A DNA stretch of 64,000 nucleotides from Leucoraja erinacea (Eukaryota), in assembly GCF_028641065.1 (NCBI RefSeq), contig NC_073385.1, positions 21,452,001-21,516,000 of the forward strand, in the 5' to 3' direction. Shown piece by piece: positions 11,436 through 23,960 of the stretch. The notes under the pieces are model-generated. The model searched no databases and had not been told where the DNA came from. It saw only the letters and a program-made list of their open reading frames with translations. Numbering within the stretch: the stretch's first letter is position 1; each line of letters opens with the position of its first letter. A program made the translations under genes and the position numbers.

Positions 11436-14119
11436 ATTCGATCAGTACTTTCCTAGAACTGCACTGGTATTGGAGAACTAGCAGATCAGAGGTAATACTG
11501 TTCCACCCGGTGCCAATTATCAAATTGTTTGCCCGGCTACAGAGATTGTTGCTCACCTAGCTTAGTAATGCTTCACACTTCTTACTGCCCATATACTAAG
11601 GAAGTGAACAGGCCTGGTAATGTAACAAGGGATACATTGGTTCCCTACCGATTATGATGACTTGTTTATTTCGCAGTTACATGTGATGCATGATTTTAAA
11701 ATACCCGTCAGTCCTTGGTTTTCTTCAAAACAGGCCTCTAGCAATACTGCCCTTCAGACAAGAGCATTGTTAATTCTGCATTTTCAGTCAACAAATGTAA
11801 AATGTAGACCGAAATGCCACAGAACAGAAATTTATTATCTTTAAACAATAAAAGCAAGTTACAGAACCGGAATAATAATGCATCATAAATTTAATGTTGA
11901 ACTACAAAAAATGCAACCTAATTTTGAAAAAACATCATGTCTGTAAAGTTCAACTGAAAAGCATGGAGTACTAAGGTTTCAACAAACTGAGCTTCTCATC
12001 TTTAAAAAAAAAGAGATAACATTATTCTGCAGTGGCAGGGTGTTACTTTGTAAACTTGCCAATTCCATTTACCCTGTTATACATCTGTATAAAATGATAT
12101 ATAATACACCATGTAAAGTATATGATATAATATTATATAACATCACAAAGCAGATAAAAATATGTGGCCAAACTGTCAAGGTATTTGATGCTTAATTGGT
12201 TTTGCCCTTATTTTTATTGGTATTTATATCTATTGATGATAACACTGTATCTTAAAGTGAATGATGTGAAAGAAATTTGGTGATAGATTGTTAATCAAAA
12301 TACGTTGACAAGATGAAAAGAGCAAACTTTATAACAGGGATGAAGAAACATGGTGAAGAACAGCTAATTCAGAGGAGCTTTTAGTCTTTAGAGGACTTTT
12401 TTGTACATTCATTCGACAGTATTTTGGAAATTCAACTCAAACTTAAGTTTTAATAAGAAGAAAGATCAGTTAAATTTGAGTTTTTATTCGAGTGAAAAAC
12501 TTTTGTTCAGTCCTGTGAGCCCTGCAGTATTTTAGCTGTCAGTCATCATCTTTTCTCCCTCTCCACTGTTTTAGTTCAGGTTGAGTGACACAAGCCTGTC
12601 CGATTTTATAAGAAAGCACAGATTATATGTATTCGGGTACTGTAAAATATCAGTCTTTGAAATATGCAATGTATATGTTTTATGACTAGAAATCGGAAAG
12701 TTGTTGCACGTAAATACAGCTATTGTGCTTTCAGTGCGGAATCATTATTTATGTACAAATTAAAGGACCATCACAGGGAATTCGGAGCCCTTTTCCTATA
12801 ATTTCATAATAAAAGAGCATGGAATACTGAAGTAGCTCTGGAACTTCTTCTACAGCAACATTATTTTTACTTTTCACCAGAATTGATCATTTATTTTCTA
12901 GTGCTAGCAGAATACCAGTGGAATTGATGAGTCTGAAGTTACATTACACAGTAAATTCATTACTCATATCTTTGTAGTCCCGTTAAGGCAGAAGGTGACT
13001 GGTTTACAGAAAGCCGTTTGTCACAAACTGGGGATGGACACAAAATGATGGAGCAACTCAGCGTTATGGCCAGGCTGCATCTCTGGAGAGAAGGAATGGA
13101 TGACGTTTCGGGTCGAGACTGGAGCTGGATTGAACGTGCTCGGTGCTTTAGGACCATAAAATGTTACCCTGCTGGCCCCTGAAAACAGGTGTAAGTATTA
13201 CAGTCCATGATTAACATGTGCTGATTGATCACAGCTCAAGAACGTGCCGCTGCCCGCTGGTTATAATTGTTTCACCATCTTGGCCACATTAATTGTGCAG
13301 TTTCTTTGCAGAAAACATTGGCAGGAGGTCAATGGGCAACCTTGAACTCAAGTTGGCTCGCTGAAGGGGAAGTGTCTTGTCACTGCGGTGGGATCTGGTG
13401 GTCATTCCGTAGGTGAATTAAAATTGAAAGCACTAAAAGTTAACATAACATGGGAGGGAGCAGGTTCCATGGTTTTCAGACCTGGCCTGGAAGATTTAAT
13501 GAAGGAAGTGTAAGAGACTGGATCTCGAACCACAGGGTCACAAGAGGACCTCCTGATACGGAGCAATGAAAACAGATCACATCAGATATTTATCATGCCT
13601 GAATGCCCGGATGCAAAGCTCCCAGACAAATTCAACGGTCTCGCAGTGCAGGCATTATCACGTTTAATGTTCTAACAACTGCTTATTCCATCTCCATCAC
13701 AATTTTACCAATTACTTCAGATGCAAAGGGAATGGTTCCAGATGTTTCTGTGCTTGAATTATGTCCAGCATGTGCAAGATCAAAAGTGGCGTTTGCTGGA
13801 GAGATGATCTTCAAAACTGCAATGCCGACTTCACAAATAACACTGAACTGCTAGCTCTGTATATCACCGATGAATATAAACTAATACCTAATGCTAATAA
13901 TGGCCAGTGTCATTCTTCCCACAAGTCCCATTTTGGAGCTCTTACGGCCAAATGAAAAAGAAAATAGGTGCTTAAAATACTAATTTCCCTTTGACTCCCA
14001 GGCCCAGCCAATTTTTTTGATTCCTAATAAGGAAAATATTTTTATTTTTCACTGCCCAGTTACAGATCAATGCTGGAATCCAAGGATTTAAACTCAACAG
14101 GTTCATAGTTTTAGAATTT

Positions 14120-14405
14120 AGAGTTGAGAGATCCAGCATCAAGCAGGTACTTTGACACGCCAAGTCCAAGCTGACCATTGATGACCCATTCGCACTAGTT
14201 CCATGTTATCCCACTTTCTCATCCATTGCCTACACATTACTGCGGCAAATTCACTTACAAACCCGCACAGCTTTGGGCTGTGGGGGGAATCTAGAGGAAC
14301 CCCATACAGTCATAGGGAGAACAGCAAACACACTGACAGCAACCGTGGTCAGGGTTGAACCCACTGTAAGGCAGCAGCTTTACCAAGGGTGCCATTGTGC
14401 TACCC
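14120..14405 (-). mobile_element. Decayed HE1/V-SINE-like SINE
   Basis: Reverse similarity to 8471-8779 (ctgtaaggcagcagctttacc...). Confidence 0.65.
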
Positions 14406-15504
14406 CAAACAGGTTTTCTCCGAGCAGCTGTGGAAATTATGCCATCAATTGCTGGGCTTTAATAGGTTTCTCTCAGCTACTTTTCATCTCACCTGATATC
14501 AATGGTTTCTACTTTCCCCCATGAGAGTACGAAGTCCAGTAATTTGCTGTTTGCCAAATCAATTCTAGGGTTCAAGATGTGAGACTCCAAGAGTACAAAT
14601 GTGGATTAGATCATTTCAAGAATATGAAAATATGGATTTAAATTATAATGCTCTCAGTTCAAATTCCAAGTGTTTCATAAGGTAATTACATGTTAAATGT
14701 TCCATTAAATTGCCGAGAAGTAAAAGTGCAGAAACTTACCGCCCCGATAATTGTACTTTGGGTATTAAGATTCTTTTCCCCTTTGGATCAATTAGTCTGC
14801 ACCTTTCCTTTTCAAAGCCCTGATTTAAATTTCAGTCATAAACTTTTGAAACTGGATTTTTAAATACATCAACTCAACTGAATTAATGGACATCCATTTG
14901 CCCTTGATTAAAGGATTTATTATTTGAATTGTTCACCTTTCTTTGCATGCCACATTTATAAATATATTTCTGGCAGAAATCGACTAGTAAACTTCTACTA
15001 TCTAGTTCACCGGAGAGGGGATTTCAATATTTTTATTCTCTGCCATAGAACTGTGTGTAACTTTGGACACAAGTATTTCTTGCTTTAGCTCTGTGTTGAA
15101 GGATTTGTACACTGGAGAAGATGCAGAGATAGTTGGATACCACAAAGTGGAAGATATTTATATCATGTCTATAAGGGGGAAGGCAGAGAAGATTTAAAGA
15201 TCATGAAGGGTGAATGTAGAGCAGAGTGAGATGTTGGAAAGGAAGTTGATGAAATGGAGGTTGTGAATGGGACAGGTGAGAATAGGTTTAAGATTTTAAA
15301 AAATCTAATTTGGTAACAATGGCCCATAATTTGTAGTCAACTTTGATCCACCAGCACCTGACCTAAATCATTGTATTTACCTTGTGTGTTCCGTAAGGTT
15401 GAAACTTGACGAAGGAAATTGAGTCCAGTACCTGGAATTAACTTTGTGCACCAAAAGAGCCTTCCATGACATAAAAGAGGATTGCAGAACAAGTACTTCA
15501 TCTT

Positions 15505-15603
15505 AGGTAGACTCAAAATGCTGAAGTAACTCAGTGGGTCAAGCTGCATCTCTGGCGAGAAGGAATGGGTGATGTTTCAGTTCGAGACCCTTTTTCAGCT
15601 TCA
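15505..15603 (-). mobile_element. Solo Penelope terminal fragment
   Basis: tagactcaaaatgctgaagtaactcagtgggtc...gaatgggtgatgtttcagttcgagaccctttttcag. Confidence 0.75.
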
Positions 15604-15889
15604 GCAGAAGAAAGTACGTCATCTTTGTGCTCAACCAGCTGTCGAAGCTGTAACAAACGGTGGATCTTTCTGTCAGTAAAGAATATTAAAAAGTTATTAC
15701 CAAGCATTAATGGTAATTACATTAATAAAAATGTAATAAACACAGAAACAAATCTACAATTCTTAGTTATTCAAATAAAAGTGTAAATATATTTACTCTA
15801 TCTGCGGCCCCTCACAACCTTTTTTCTTCATATCAATGAAGTGTTTCCTGTTCAGGCTTAACTTGGAATATTTGAACAAATGCCAATCT

Positions 15890-16733
15890 TCAAGATCAAG
15901 ATTCAAGATTCAAGATTCAATTTATTTGTCATTTGGACCCCTTGAGGTCCAAACGAAATGACGTTTCTGCAGCCATACATTACAACAAATAGACCCAAGA
16001 CACAACATAATTTACATAAACATGTAAAAAAATGTCAAAAAAGGCCAAAAAAACTTATCTCTCCACTGCACTCCCCCCCCACACTGATGACAGAGTTAAA
16101 GTCAAAGCCCCCGGCTGGCAATGGCAATTGTCCCGCGGCCATTAAAGCCACGCCGGGTGTTGCAAGGTCGCACACCGGGTCTTGATGTTAGAGCCCCCGG
16201 CGTGCGCTCGCAGAGTCCCGCGGCCATTCCAAGCCGCGCGGGGCAGTGCTGTAAGGCCCCGCTCCAGGAGCTCTTCAACCCTGCAACTCGGGCGGGAGAA
16301 GTCGCCGTTGCGGGAGCCCTGAAAAGCGGTCTCCCTCCAGGGACCCGCGGGCTCCCGGTGCCGCCGTCCGCCAGACCCGCAGTTGCAGCCTCCGAATCTC
16401 CGGAGGTCGGGCCGCAGCAGCGCTCCATCACCGCTCCACCCGCTCTGGACTCGGCCAGCTCCGCGACGGTGAGGTGAGTAGTCGGCACCAGAGCCCCCGG
16501 TCTTCCTGTTGGAGGCCGCTCCTTGTTGCAGCCCCAACGACAATGGAGACCCGACAAAGAAAAGGTCGGGTCTCCCATGCAGGGAGAGATTTAAAAGTTA
16601 CCCCCTCCCTCCCACTCCACCCCCACCCCCCCACACACATACCCCAACAAAAAATAACAAAAAACTACATAAAAACATAGACAAAAAATAATATAAACGC
16701 AGACGGGCTGCAGAGGCCGCTGCTGACGAGAGT
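15890..16733 (-). mobile_element. GC/CpG-rich non-coding retroposon with (AATCTTG)n 3' tail
   Basis: Minus strand ends tgacaaataaattgaatcttgaatcttgaatcttg (LINE-type polyA signal + tandem tail); CpG-rich body in an AT-rich background; no RT similarity in the ORFs. Confidence 0.6.
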
Positions 16734-16809
16734 TACTAACAATCTTAACCTAATGCTTGGTGCCAATGAATCAATTGTTTGACCAGAATGAAGAAACACC
16801 ATCAAGCGA

Positions 16810-16903
16810 AGGCACAAAGTCCCGGAGTAACTCAGCAGGTCAGGCAGAATCTCTGGAGAACATGTGTAGGTGATGTTTCGGGCCGGGACCCTTCTTCAAA
16901 CTG
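16810..16903 (-). mobile_element. Solo Penelope terminal fragment
   Basis: ggagtaactcagcaggtcaggcag...tgatgtttcgggccgggacccttcttcaaac. Confidence 0.75.
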
Positions 16904-17169
16904 ACAAATCTGGGACAACACTTCTAGCTTGCTCACACTGACACAAGAGATTGACAGCTGTCGCCATTTCCCAAATTCACTGGCTTGTCTGTCAGCACTC
17001 TAATACAATTTCAGCAAAATTTGCCCCATTAAAAATGTGACAAAACAAATATCAGCAGATCCACCTGATTCATAACTGAAAACTTTGAAGATTCTTCTGC
17101 ACAAGGTTTCTGACTAGAAGCATGACCGAATGTACTGATTTGAATAACATTTGGGGACGTGTTGGTTAA

Positions 17170-18710
17170 TATAAACAAACTGCTGGCAGAACTCAACAGG
17201 TCAGGTAGCAATTTGGGAGGGAAATTAACAACATTTTGAGTCCAGATCCTCCATCTGGACAGAAAGAGTAGATGAGAGATAACTTGCTTAAAGAGGTGGG
17301 ACAAGAGCTGGCTGACTATTTGCCAGCTAGATCCAGGTGAGGAAGGCTTGATTGGAACATGGAGGCCGAGGGGAGAGAGAGAGGATGGTGGAGATAGTGA
17401 CTGGGGTGTGATAAACAGAGACACCAAGGCTCTGCAGATTATGGAACCAGAACGAAAGGAAGAGCAAAGCAGGTAAGAGAGGGATGGCGGCAGATATGAA
17501 CAGTAGGGAGGAGTGGGGTAGGGAATTTGGGGCCATGTGGCACGGGAGATAGCAGATCGAGTTGGTGGGGAGGAAGAAATTAGCTGCAGGGAGGGGTGGC
17601 GAGTTTGGAAGAAGGGGATGTGTGTGAGGTAATCAAAAGAGGGGGGGGTTACAGAGTGGGTTGGGTTACTTGAAATTGAGGTATTCAAAGTTCATGGCTT
17701 GGTTTTAGACTGCAAAGGCAGAATATGAAGTTGTTTTGTTTAGTTTAGTTAATTGTCACGCGTACCGAGATAAATTGCCAAGCATTTGCTGCGTGCCAAC
17801 CAGTCAACGGAAATATTGTACATGATTCCAATTGAGCCATCCACAATGTACAGATACATGATAAAGGGAGTGACGTTTAGTTAAGCTAAAGTACGAAGTC
17901 CTAGTTTGCGTTTGGCTTCATTGTGGCAGTGGAGAAGCCAGAGGACAGACAGGTTGGTTTGGGAATGGGAAGAGGAATTAAAAATGGCTTTCAAATGGGA
18001 ATGCTAGAAGGTCATTGCTGACAGGCTGCATGTGCTCAGCAAAGAGGCCACCTGATCTGTGCGTGGGTCTCACTGAGGTGGAGGGGGCCACAGTCGAAAG
18101 CACGCAATGCAATTGATGAAGTAGAGGATTTGCACGTGAATCTCCATCTCACCTGGAAGGGCTGTTGAGATTCCTGGGTAGAGTTGAGGGTGGACGTGTG
18201 GGGATAGGCATTACACCTCCTACGCTTGCAAGAGGAAGTGGCTGGGGAAGAGGAGGAATGGGTTCAGAAGGAGGCTTGAACCTGGATGTAACAGAAAAGA
18301 GTGGTTCCTGCAGACAAGGGTGCGGAGGGGAAGGTGTGACTAATAGAGAGTTCAGGTTGTAGTTGATGGCAATGTTGAAGAATGGGTGCACAGGCTGGTG
18401 TGGTGAAAGGTAAAGGGCCTGTCCCAATTTCATGACCTAATTCATGACCTCTGCCGAGTTTGCCCTTGACATACTCGCAGCAGGGTCGTCACAAGGTCGT
18501 AGGAGGTCGTAGAAGGTCATAGGAGGTCGTAAGAGATCGTAGGTAGGTCGTAGGTAGGTCGTGATGCTAGTCGTAGGTACTCGTGGCAGCAAGTAGATCG
18601 GGGCGTTTTTCTAGCCTAATGAAAAATGTCGACGAGTAAAAAAGGTCATGAATTAGGTCGTGAAAGTGGGACAGGCCCTTAAGGATCAACCCTTGTTCTG
18701 AATGTGAATC
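17170..18710 (-). mobile_element. Decayed Penelope-like 3' region (GIY-YIG + purine-rich UTR), with nested insertions
   Basis: Reverse similarity to 10250-10750 (ttacttgaaattgaggtattcaaagttcat; gggaatgggaagaggaattaaa; gtggagggggccaca). Confidence 0.7.
18414..18679. mobile_element. PIF/Harbinger-type MITE
   Basis: TIRs agggcctgtcccaatttcatgacctaattcatgacct / aggtcatgaattaggtcgtgaaagtgggacaggccct; TAA at 18411-18413 and 18680-18682; internal (aggtcgtag)n array. Confidence 0.9.
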
Positions 18711-20327
18711 TCTGTCTTACTTGAAAGGGATGTTTCATATGAATACTAGTGGGATTGAGCAGCATTTTTCAACTTTGATAGAAAACTGGTGGGATTGGAT
18801 CGACAGTTCATTATTCATCCTAACCAAGTTATTAGGAAAGAAAATCATACAGTATGTGCAATGAACAGCTAACGAGAGACAACCTGTTTATCAGCTCAAT
18901 CTGAAGTTATTCCAATAGACTTTACAATGTCACAATAACTCATTTACGACGACAATTAAATTTAGCACCTTCATTTCTTTTCCAATTCCTTCACATAAAT
19001 GTGGGTGTCAATATCCATCCCTATGGGCCACCCATGCACTTAGAATGGTGCTGGGTGTCTTCAGGGTTCAGCTACAAAACTACCACTTTGGTAAGTCCGG
19101 AAGCTCAAATAGACCAAACCAAGGTAGGATCACAGGCTTCCTTCCTCTGAAGGGCATTTGAACAATTCATAAGGTCATAAGGTCACAAGTGATAGGAGCA
19201 GAATTAGGCCATTTGGCCCATCAAGTCTGCTCTACCATTCAATCATGGCTGATCTATCTTTCCCTCCTAACCCAATTGTCCTGCCTTCTTCGCATAACCC
19301 CTGACACAAGTAATTCACTCAGTTTGTGGTTACCATCACCGATACCAGCTTTCCATTCCAGATTTATTTCATTACTCTAATTTAAATTCACCTGCTGCCA
19401 TTGCGGAATTTGAACTCATCTCCAGATAAATAGTTGAGTCATTTTTATGCCAGAATCGTAGTTTCACCATGAAGGTATAAACTCTAATGTCTTTACTTCA
19501 ACTAGTTTTTCTTTCTGACTTTCAAAGAACCGAAAGTTATATGTTATAAACAAAGTACTGTATTTAACAAATGTTTCTTTAAGCTTAATCATATCAATAG
19601 ATGAAGAAGAAAATGTTTATTGATTCACGCCATTCTTGAAACTTTGCCAAAATCCCCTTTAGTTTCAATGGCAATACAGATCAATCTTGAAAGTGAATAT
19701 TTGTATGTATTGGGCAAATTATCCAATATGTTATTTTGAAAGAAGCTGGCGGCTAATTGAATTAAATGAATTAAATTAATGCACTTATGAAGGCTACTTT
19801 CTAGTTAAGTGCTTAGGCTTTAAATGGGTGTATTTAAGAGAAGAATTAATTCAACTGAGTGCATTACCTAACTGCAGCAATGTGTTTGCTGTCAGTGTTA
19901 ATAGTTCTCTTGTGGCCTCTTTGCCAATCGATAGATGTTGCTTCTGATTTGCTTCATTGTAGCTGCTATTTACACGGATGAGTCCATAATCCTGTTTTTA
20001 TTTACCACATCGAGTTTCACACAGACAAGATTTAAAATAATGTGAGTTCTTATTCAGCAGGTGCTTAGGCACACAATGAACATGTCAGAATCAAATTTAT
20101 TTGGGTATCTTCAAAAAAGCAACAGCAAGGTACTCAACATTAATTTTAGTCCACTAGCATTAAATTATTAGCAGATTATCCACAGTTTTGCTTCAATGCA
20201 TTACAATTGTTTTATGTGCAGTTGAAATCATGATTTATTTATTGGTGTTTTATGATGTGGTTTTGCTGTTTTAATTTGCATTATTATCAGTTTAATTTAA
20301 CTGTTTTGTTCAAAATGATAGCAATTA

Positions 20328-20750
20328 AAGTGACAGTCGCTGAAAGTAAGCATGCGGGTATAGCAGGCAGTGAGGAAAGCTAATGGCATGTTGGCCTTCA
20401 TTGCGAGAGGATTTGAGTTTAGGAGCAAGGAGGTTCCACTGCAGTTGTACAATACCCTGGTGAGACCGCACCTGGAGTGTAGTGTGCAATTTTGTTCTCC
20501 TAATTTGAGAAAGGACATTATTGCTATTGAGGGAGTTCAGTGTAGGTTCACCATATTAATTCCCGGGATGGCGGGACTGACATATGATGAAAGAATGGGT
20601 CAACTGGACTTGTATTCACTGGAATTTAGAAGGTTGAGAGGGGATCTTATGGAAGCATATAAAATTCTGAGAGGATTGGACAGGGTAGATGCAGGAAAAA
20701 TGTTCCCGATGTTGGGTGAGTCCAGAACCAGTGGTCACAGTTTAAGAATA
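20328..20750 (+). mobile_element. CR1 ORF2 fragment
   Basis: ORF 20370..20780 KANGMLAFIARGFEFRSKEVPLQLYNTLVRPHLE. Confidence 0.92.
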
Positions 20751-20909
20751 ATAGTTTATATGACATTTAAAGTGATATAGACAACATTTTATAGCGCACT
20801 GATGACTATGGCAATTTATTCAGTGACATCCGGAGTTGTCTACTTCCTGTGCATCAAGGAATGTGGCCAGGTAAGTGGCAACCAGATTGCACTTCAACAC
20901 ATTCATACT

Positions 20910-21185
20910 TTAGTTTAGTTTAGAGATATAGCGCAGAAACAGGCCACCGTGTCTGCGTCGACTAGCGATCCCCGTACACTAGCACAATCCTACAGACTAG
21001 GGACAATTTACAATTACCAAAGCAAAATTAACCTACAAACCTGCCATGCATCTTCGCGGTGTGGGAGCGTCCCCGAAACTGCAGCACCCGGGGAAAACAC
21101 ACACGGTCACAGAGAGAATGTACAAAGGCCGTATGGACAGCACCCGTTGTCAGGGTCGAACCCGGGTCTCTGGCACTGCTAGGCA
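20910..21185 (-). mobile_element. HE1/V-SINE-like SINE
   Basis: (tttag)n tail then agatatagcgcagaaacaggcc...gggtcgaacccgggtctctggc (B box reversed). Confidence 0.82.
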
Positions 21186-21734
21186 CAACTCTCCTGCTGA
21201 GCCCAACCTTTATTTTTTGTGGAAAACATAGGCTCATCTGCCATAGATAATTGTATCACATGGCCTTCTGTCGGGACCTTCAGCGTGCAACCTTGCTAAG
21301 GTTGATACAGCCCAAGTTGCCTTTATGTCTCCAATCACTGACATCATCTTATGCCATTGGAGATGTCTCTACCATTATTCCCTATTGCAGTATTTCTGTA
21401 CAGATTATGACCATGTGGCTTGCCAATGAAGTCAGAGCCGACTTCTTTGAGGAAAACTCGATCCAAGGCAAAAGTCGACATAAACTGGCAGGGGGTGAGT
21501 ACAAGCAGCTTCCATTAATATTCTGGCCGACTAAAATAAAGTAGAATCAAAGGTTAGGCTCCCTCCTAGGGACCAACGTCTTTAATATGTAGGGAGAAGA
21601 AAAATGTAGCCTATATCTACTTACCAACCTATTCACATCGTAATAGGTTCTAAAGCTCCCCCACTGGGTTGCCATTTGAAAGCTTCATGAAACAACAGCA
21701 TTGCCGCTGTCGAAAACCAACCACATGGAATTTA

Positions 21735-22035
21735 AGATTAGTTTAGAGATACAGTGCATAAACAGGCCCTTCAGCCCACCGAGCCCGCACCGGCCGGTGA
21801 TCATCCCATACACTAGCACTATCCTACATACCAGGAACAATTTACAATCTTTACCGAAGCCCTTTAACCCACAAATCTGCACGTCTTCGGAATGTGGGAG
21901 GAAACCGGAGCACCCAGGGAAAAGCCACACACGTCACAGGGAGAACGTACAAACTCCGTACAGACCGCACCCATAGTCAGGATCGAACACGGGCCTCTGG
22001 CGCTGTAAGGCAGCAACTCTACTGTTGCACTACCA
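21735..22035 (-). mobile_element. HE1/V-SINE-like SINE
   Basis: Reverse match to 8471-8779 over its full length. Confidence 0.85.
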
Positions 22036-22329
22036 AATTTTCAAGTAATTCCTATAAAATTGTCCCGTCCTCAGAAATACAATAAAAAAGAACACCTTAT
22101 TTCTATAAACATTACCTCTTAACCACACGTAATAGGAGGAAACCACCTAATTTCAAATTTAAAAATGAGCACCAACTGCAAAAGGTAAGTTTGCAATTGT
22201 TTTCAATGTTGGCATCTGAATGTTTGACATTTTTCCCTTCACATGTTTCTGAGAAAATCATGCCAACACCATAAACCTGGAGGTAGAATTCAAGTTCTGA
22301 GTTGTGGTCATTTTCAGGAAGTACATACA

Positions 22330-23720
22330 GTCTGTGTCATACAGCGTGGAAACAGGTTATCGGGCCCAACTTCTTAATGCCAACTAAGCTGCCTACTTGA
22401 ACTAGTCTCTTATGCATGAGCTTGGTTGATTTCCCTCTGAACGGTTCCTATCCATGTACCTGGCCAAAAGCCTTTTAGATGTTGTGATTGTATCCACCTC
22501 AACCACTGCCCCCAGCAACTCCACATACCAACAATCCTTTGTGTGAGAAAGTTGCCCCTCGGATCTCCTTTAAATCTTTCCGCTTTCATTTAATTCTCTG
22601 CCCTCTAGTTTTAGACTCCCCTACCCTAGGAAAAAAAAGGACTACAACCATTCACTTTACCTTTGTTCCTCATGGTTTTATAAACCTCTATAGGTTTTCG
22701 CTCAGGTTCCTGAGCTCTAGAGAAGAAGTTCCCAGCCTCTCCATTCTCTCTTTATGATTCACTCCCTCAGTCCGGTATCATTCTTGTAAATCTTATCTGC
22801 ACCTTTTCCAAATTAATGGCACCCTTCTTGTAGCTTGCTGATTAGAACTGCACACAATACACTACATATGGTCTCAGGAATTTCTTGTAACATGACATCC
22901 CAACTCTTGCACTCACTGCCCTGACCAATGAAGGCTAGTGTGCCAAAGGCCCCCTCCACCATCCTGACTACCTGTGTCGTCACGTTCAGGGAATTTTGTA
23001 ATTGTATTCTTAAGCCTGTTTGTTTGACAACACTCTCCAAAGCCCTGCCATTTACTGTATAAGTCCTTCCCTGGTTTGACATGAAAATGCAACACTTTGT
23101 AGTCCTCCAAGTTAAATTTAATCTGCCAGTCCTTCACCCACTTTGCCCAGTTGATTTAGATCCCGTTGCAATGTTGGATAATCTCTTTTACTGTTGACTA
23201 TACCACTAATTTTGGTGTAATCTGCAAAGTTTACTAAACATGCCAACTACTCTGGCATCCAAATCATTCATATAAATGAAGAGGAAATTGGACCCAGCAC
23301 CGATCGATGTGGCACACCGCTGGTCACAGGCCTTGAATCTAAAAAAACAACCTTCCACAACCACCCTCTGAAGAAGGGTTTCGGCCCGAAACGTTGCCTA
23401 TTTCCTTCGCTCCATAGATGCTGCTGCACCCGCTGAGTTTCTCCAGCTTTTCTGTGTCACCCTCTGACTCCTATTGACAAACCAACTTTGTATCTAAATG
23501 GCTAATTCACTCTAGATCCCAAATCTATCTCTGAAAATCCCTCCCCAGTAACTTTTCCACCATTGAAATTAGGCTCGCCAGCCTGTAGTTCTCTGGCTTA
23601 TCCTTGCAGCTCCTCGTGAATAAAAGCACAACATTAGCCAGTCATCCAGTACAAATATTTGTGCCAGAGCTCCAGCCATTTTTTCTCTGCCTTCCCACAA
23701 TGTCCTGGGATGCTATTGGT
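22330..23720 (-). mobile_element. Older CR1 subfamily (RT to 3' end), decayed
   Basis: ORFs 22913..23137(-) WQIKFNLEDYKVLHF and 22813..23082(-) GRTYTVNGRAL...AFGTLAFIGQG. Confidence 0.85.
23368..23457 (+). mobile_element. ~90-bp Penelope-terminal insertion carrying a hammerhead-like core
   Basis: ctgaaga-a-gggt-ttcg-gccc-gaaacgtt...; direct repeat caccctctga at 23362-23371 and 23458-23467 within the host CR1. Confidence 0.8.
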
Positions 23721-23722
23721 GA

Positions 23723-23800
23723 GATAATAATAATAATAATAATATTTATTTATATAGCACTTTTAAACAAAATCACTTTGAACCAAAGTGCTTTACAGAG
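23723..23800 (-). repeat. (TAA)n microsatellite = tail of an L2-type retroposon end
   Basis: Minus strand aaagtgctatataaataaatattattattatt is typical of L2/L2-SINE tails. Confidence 0.5.
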
Positions 23801-23960
23801 ATTGATTAAACTAATTGAATAGATTAAATTTCAATAAATCCATACAAAATAAAAAAGAAAAAGAAAAAAAGGCACAGAACAGTACAAACGAGATACCAGT
23901 GATTGTTTCACCTTCATGCACTCTAACACCACACTAACTCCTCTTAGTAATAATAATATA

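Noticed and set aside
16102-16691. Several overlapping 60-158 aa ORFs on both strands
   Set aside because: A by-product of high GC content; low-complexity Ala/Gly/Pro/Arg with no domain
18484-18580. Regular short repeats (aggtcgtag) suggestive of a CRISPR-like array
   Set aside because: No unique spacers, eukaryotic context, and it lies within a TIR/TAA-bounded MITE
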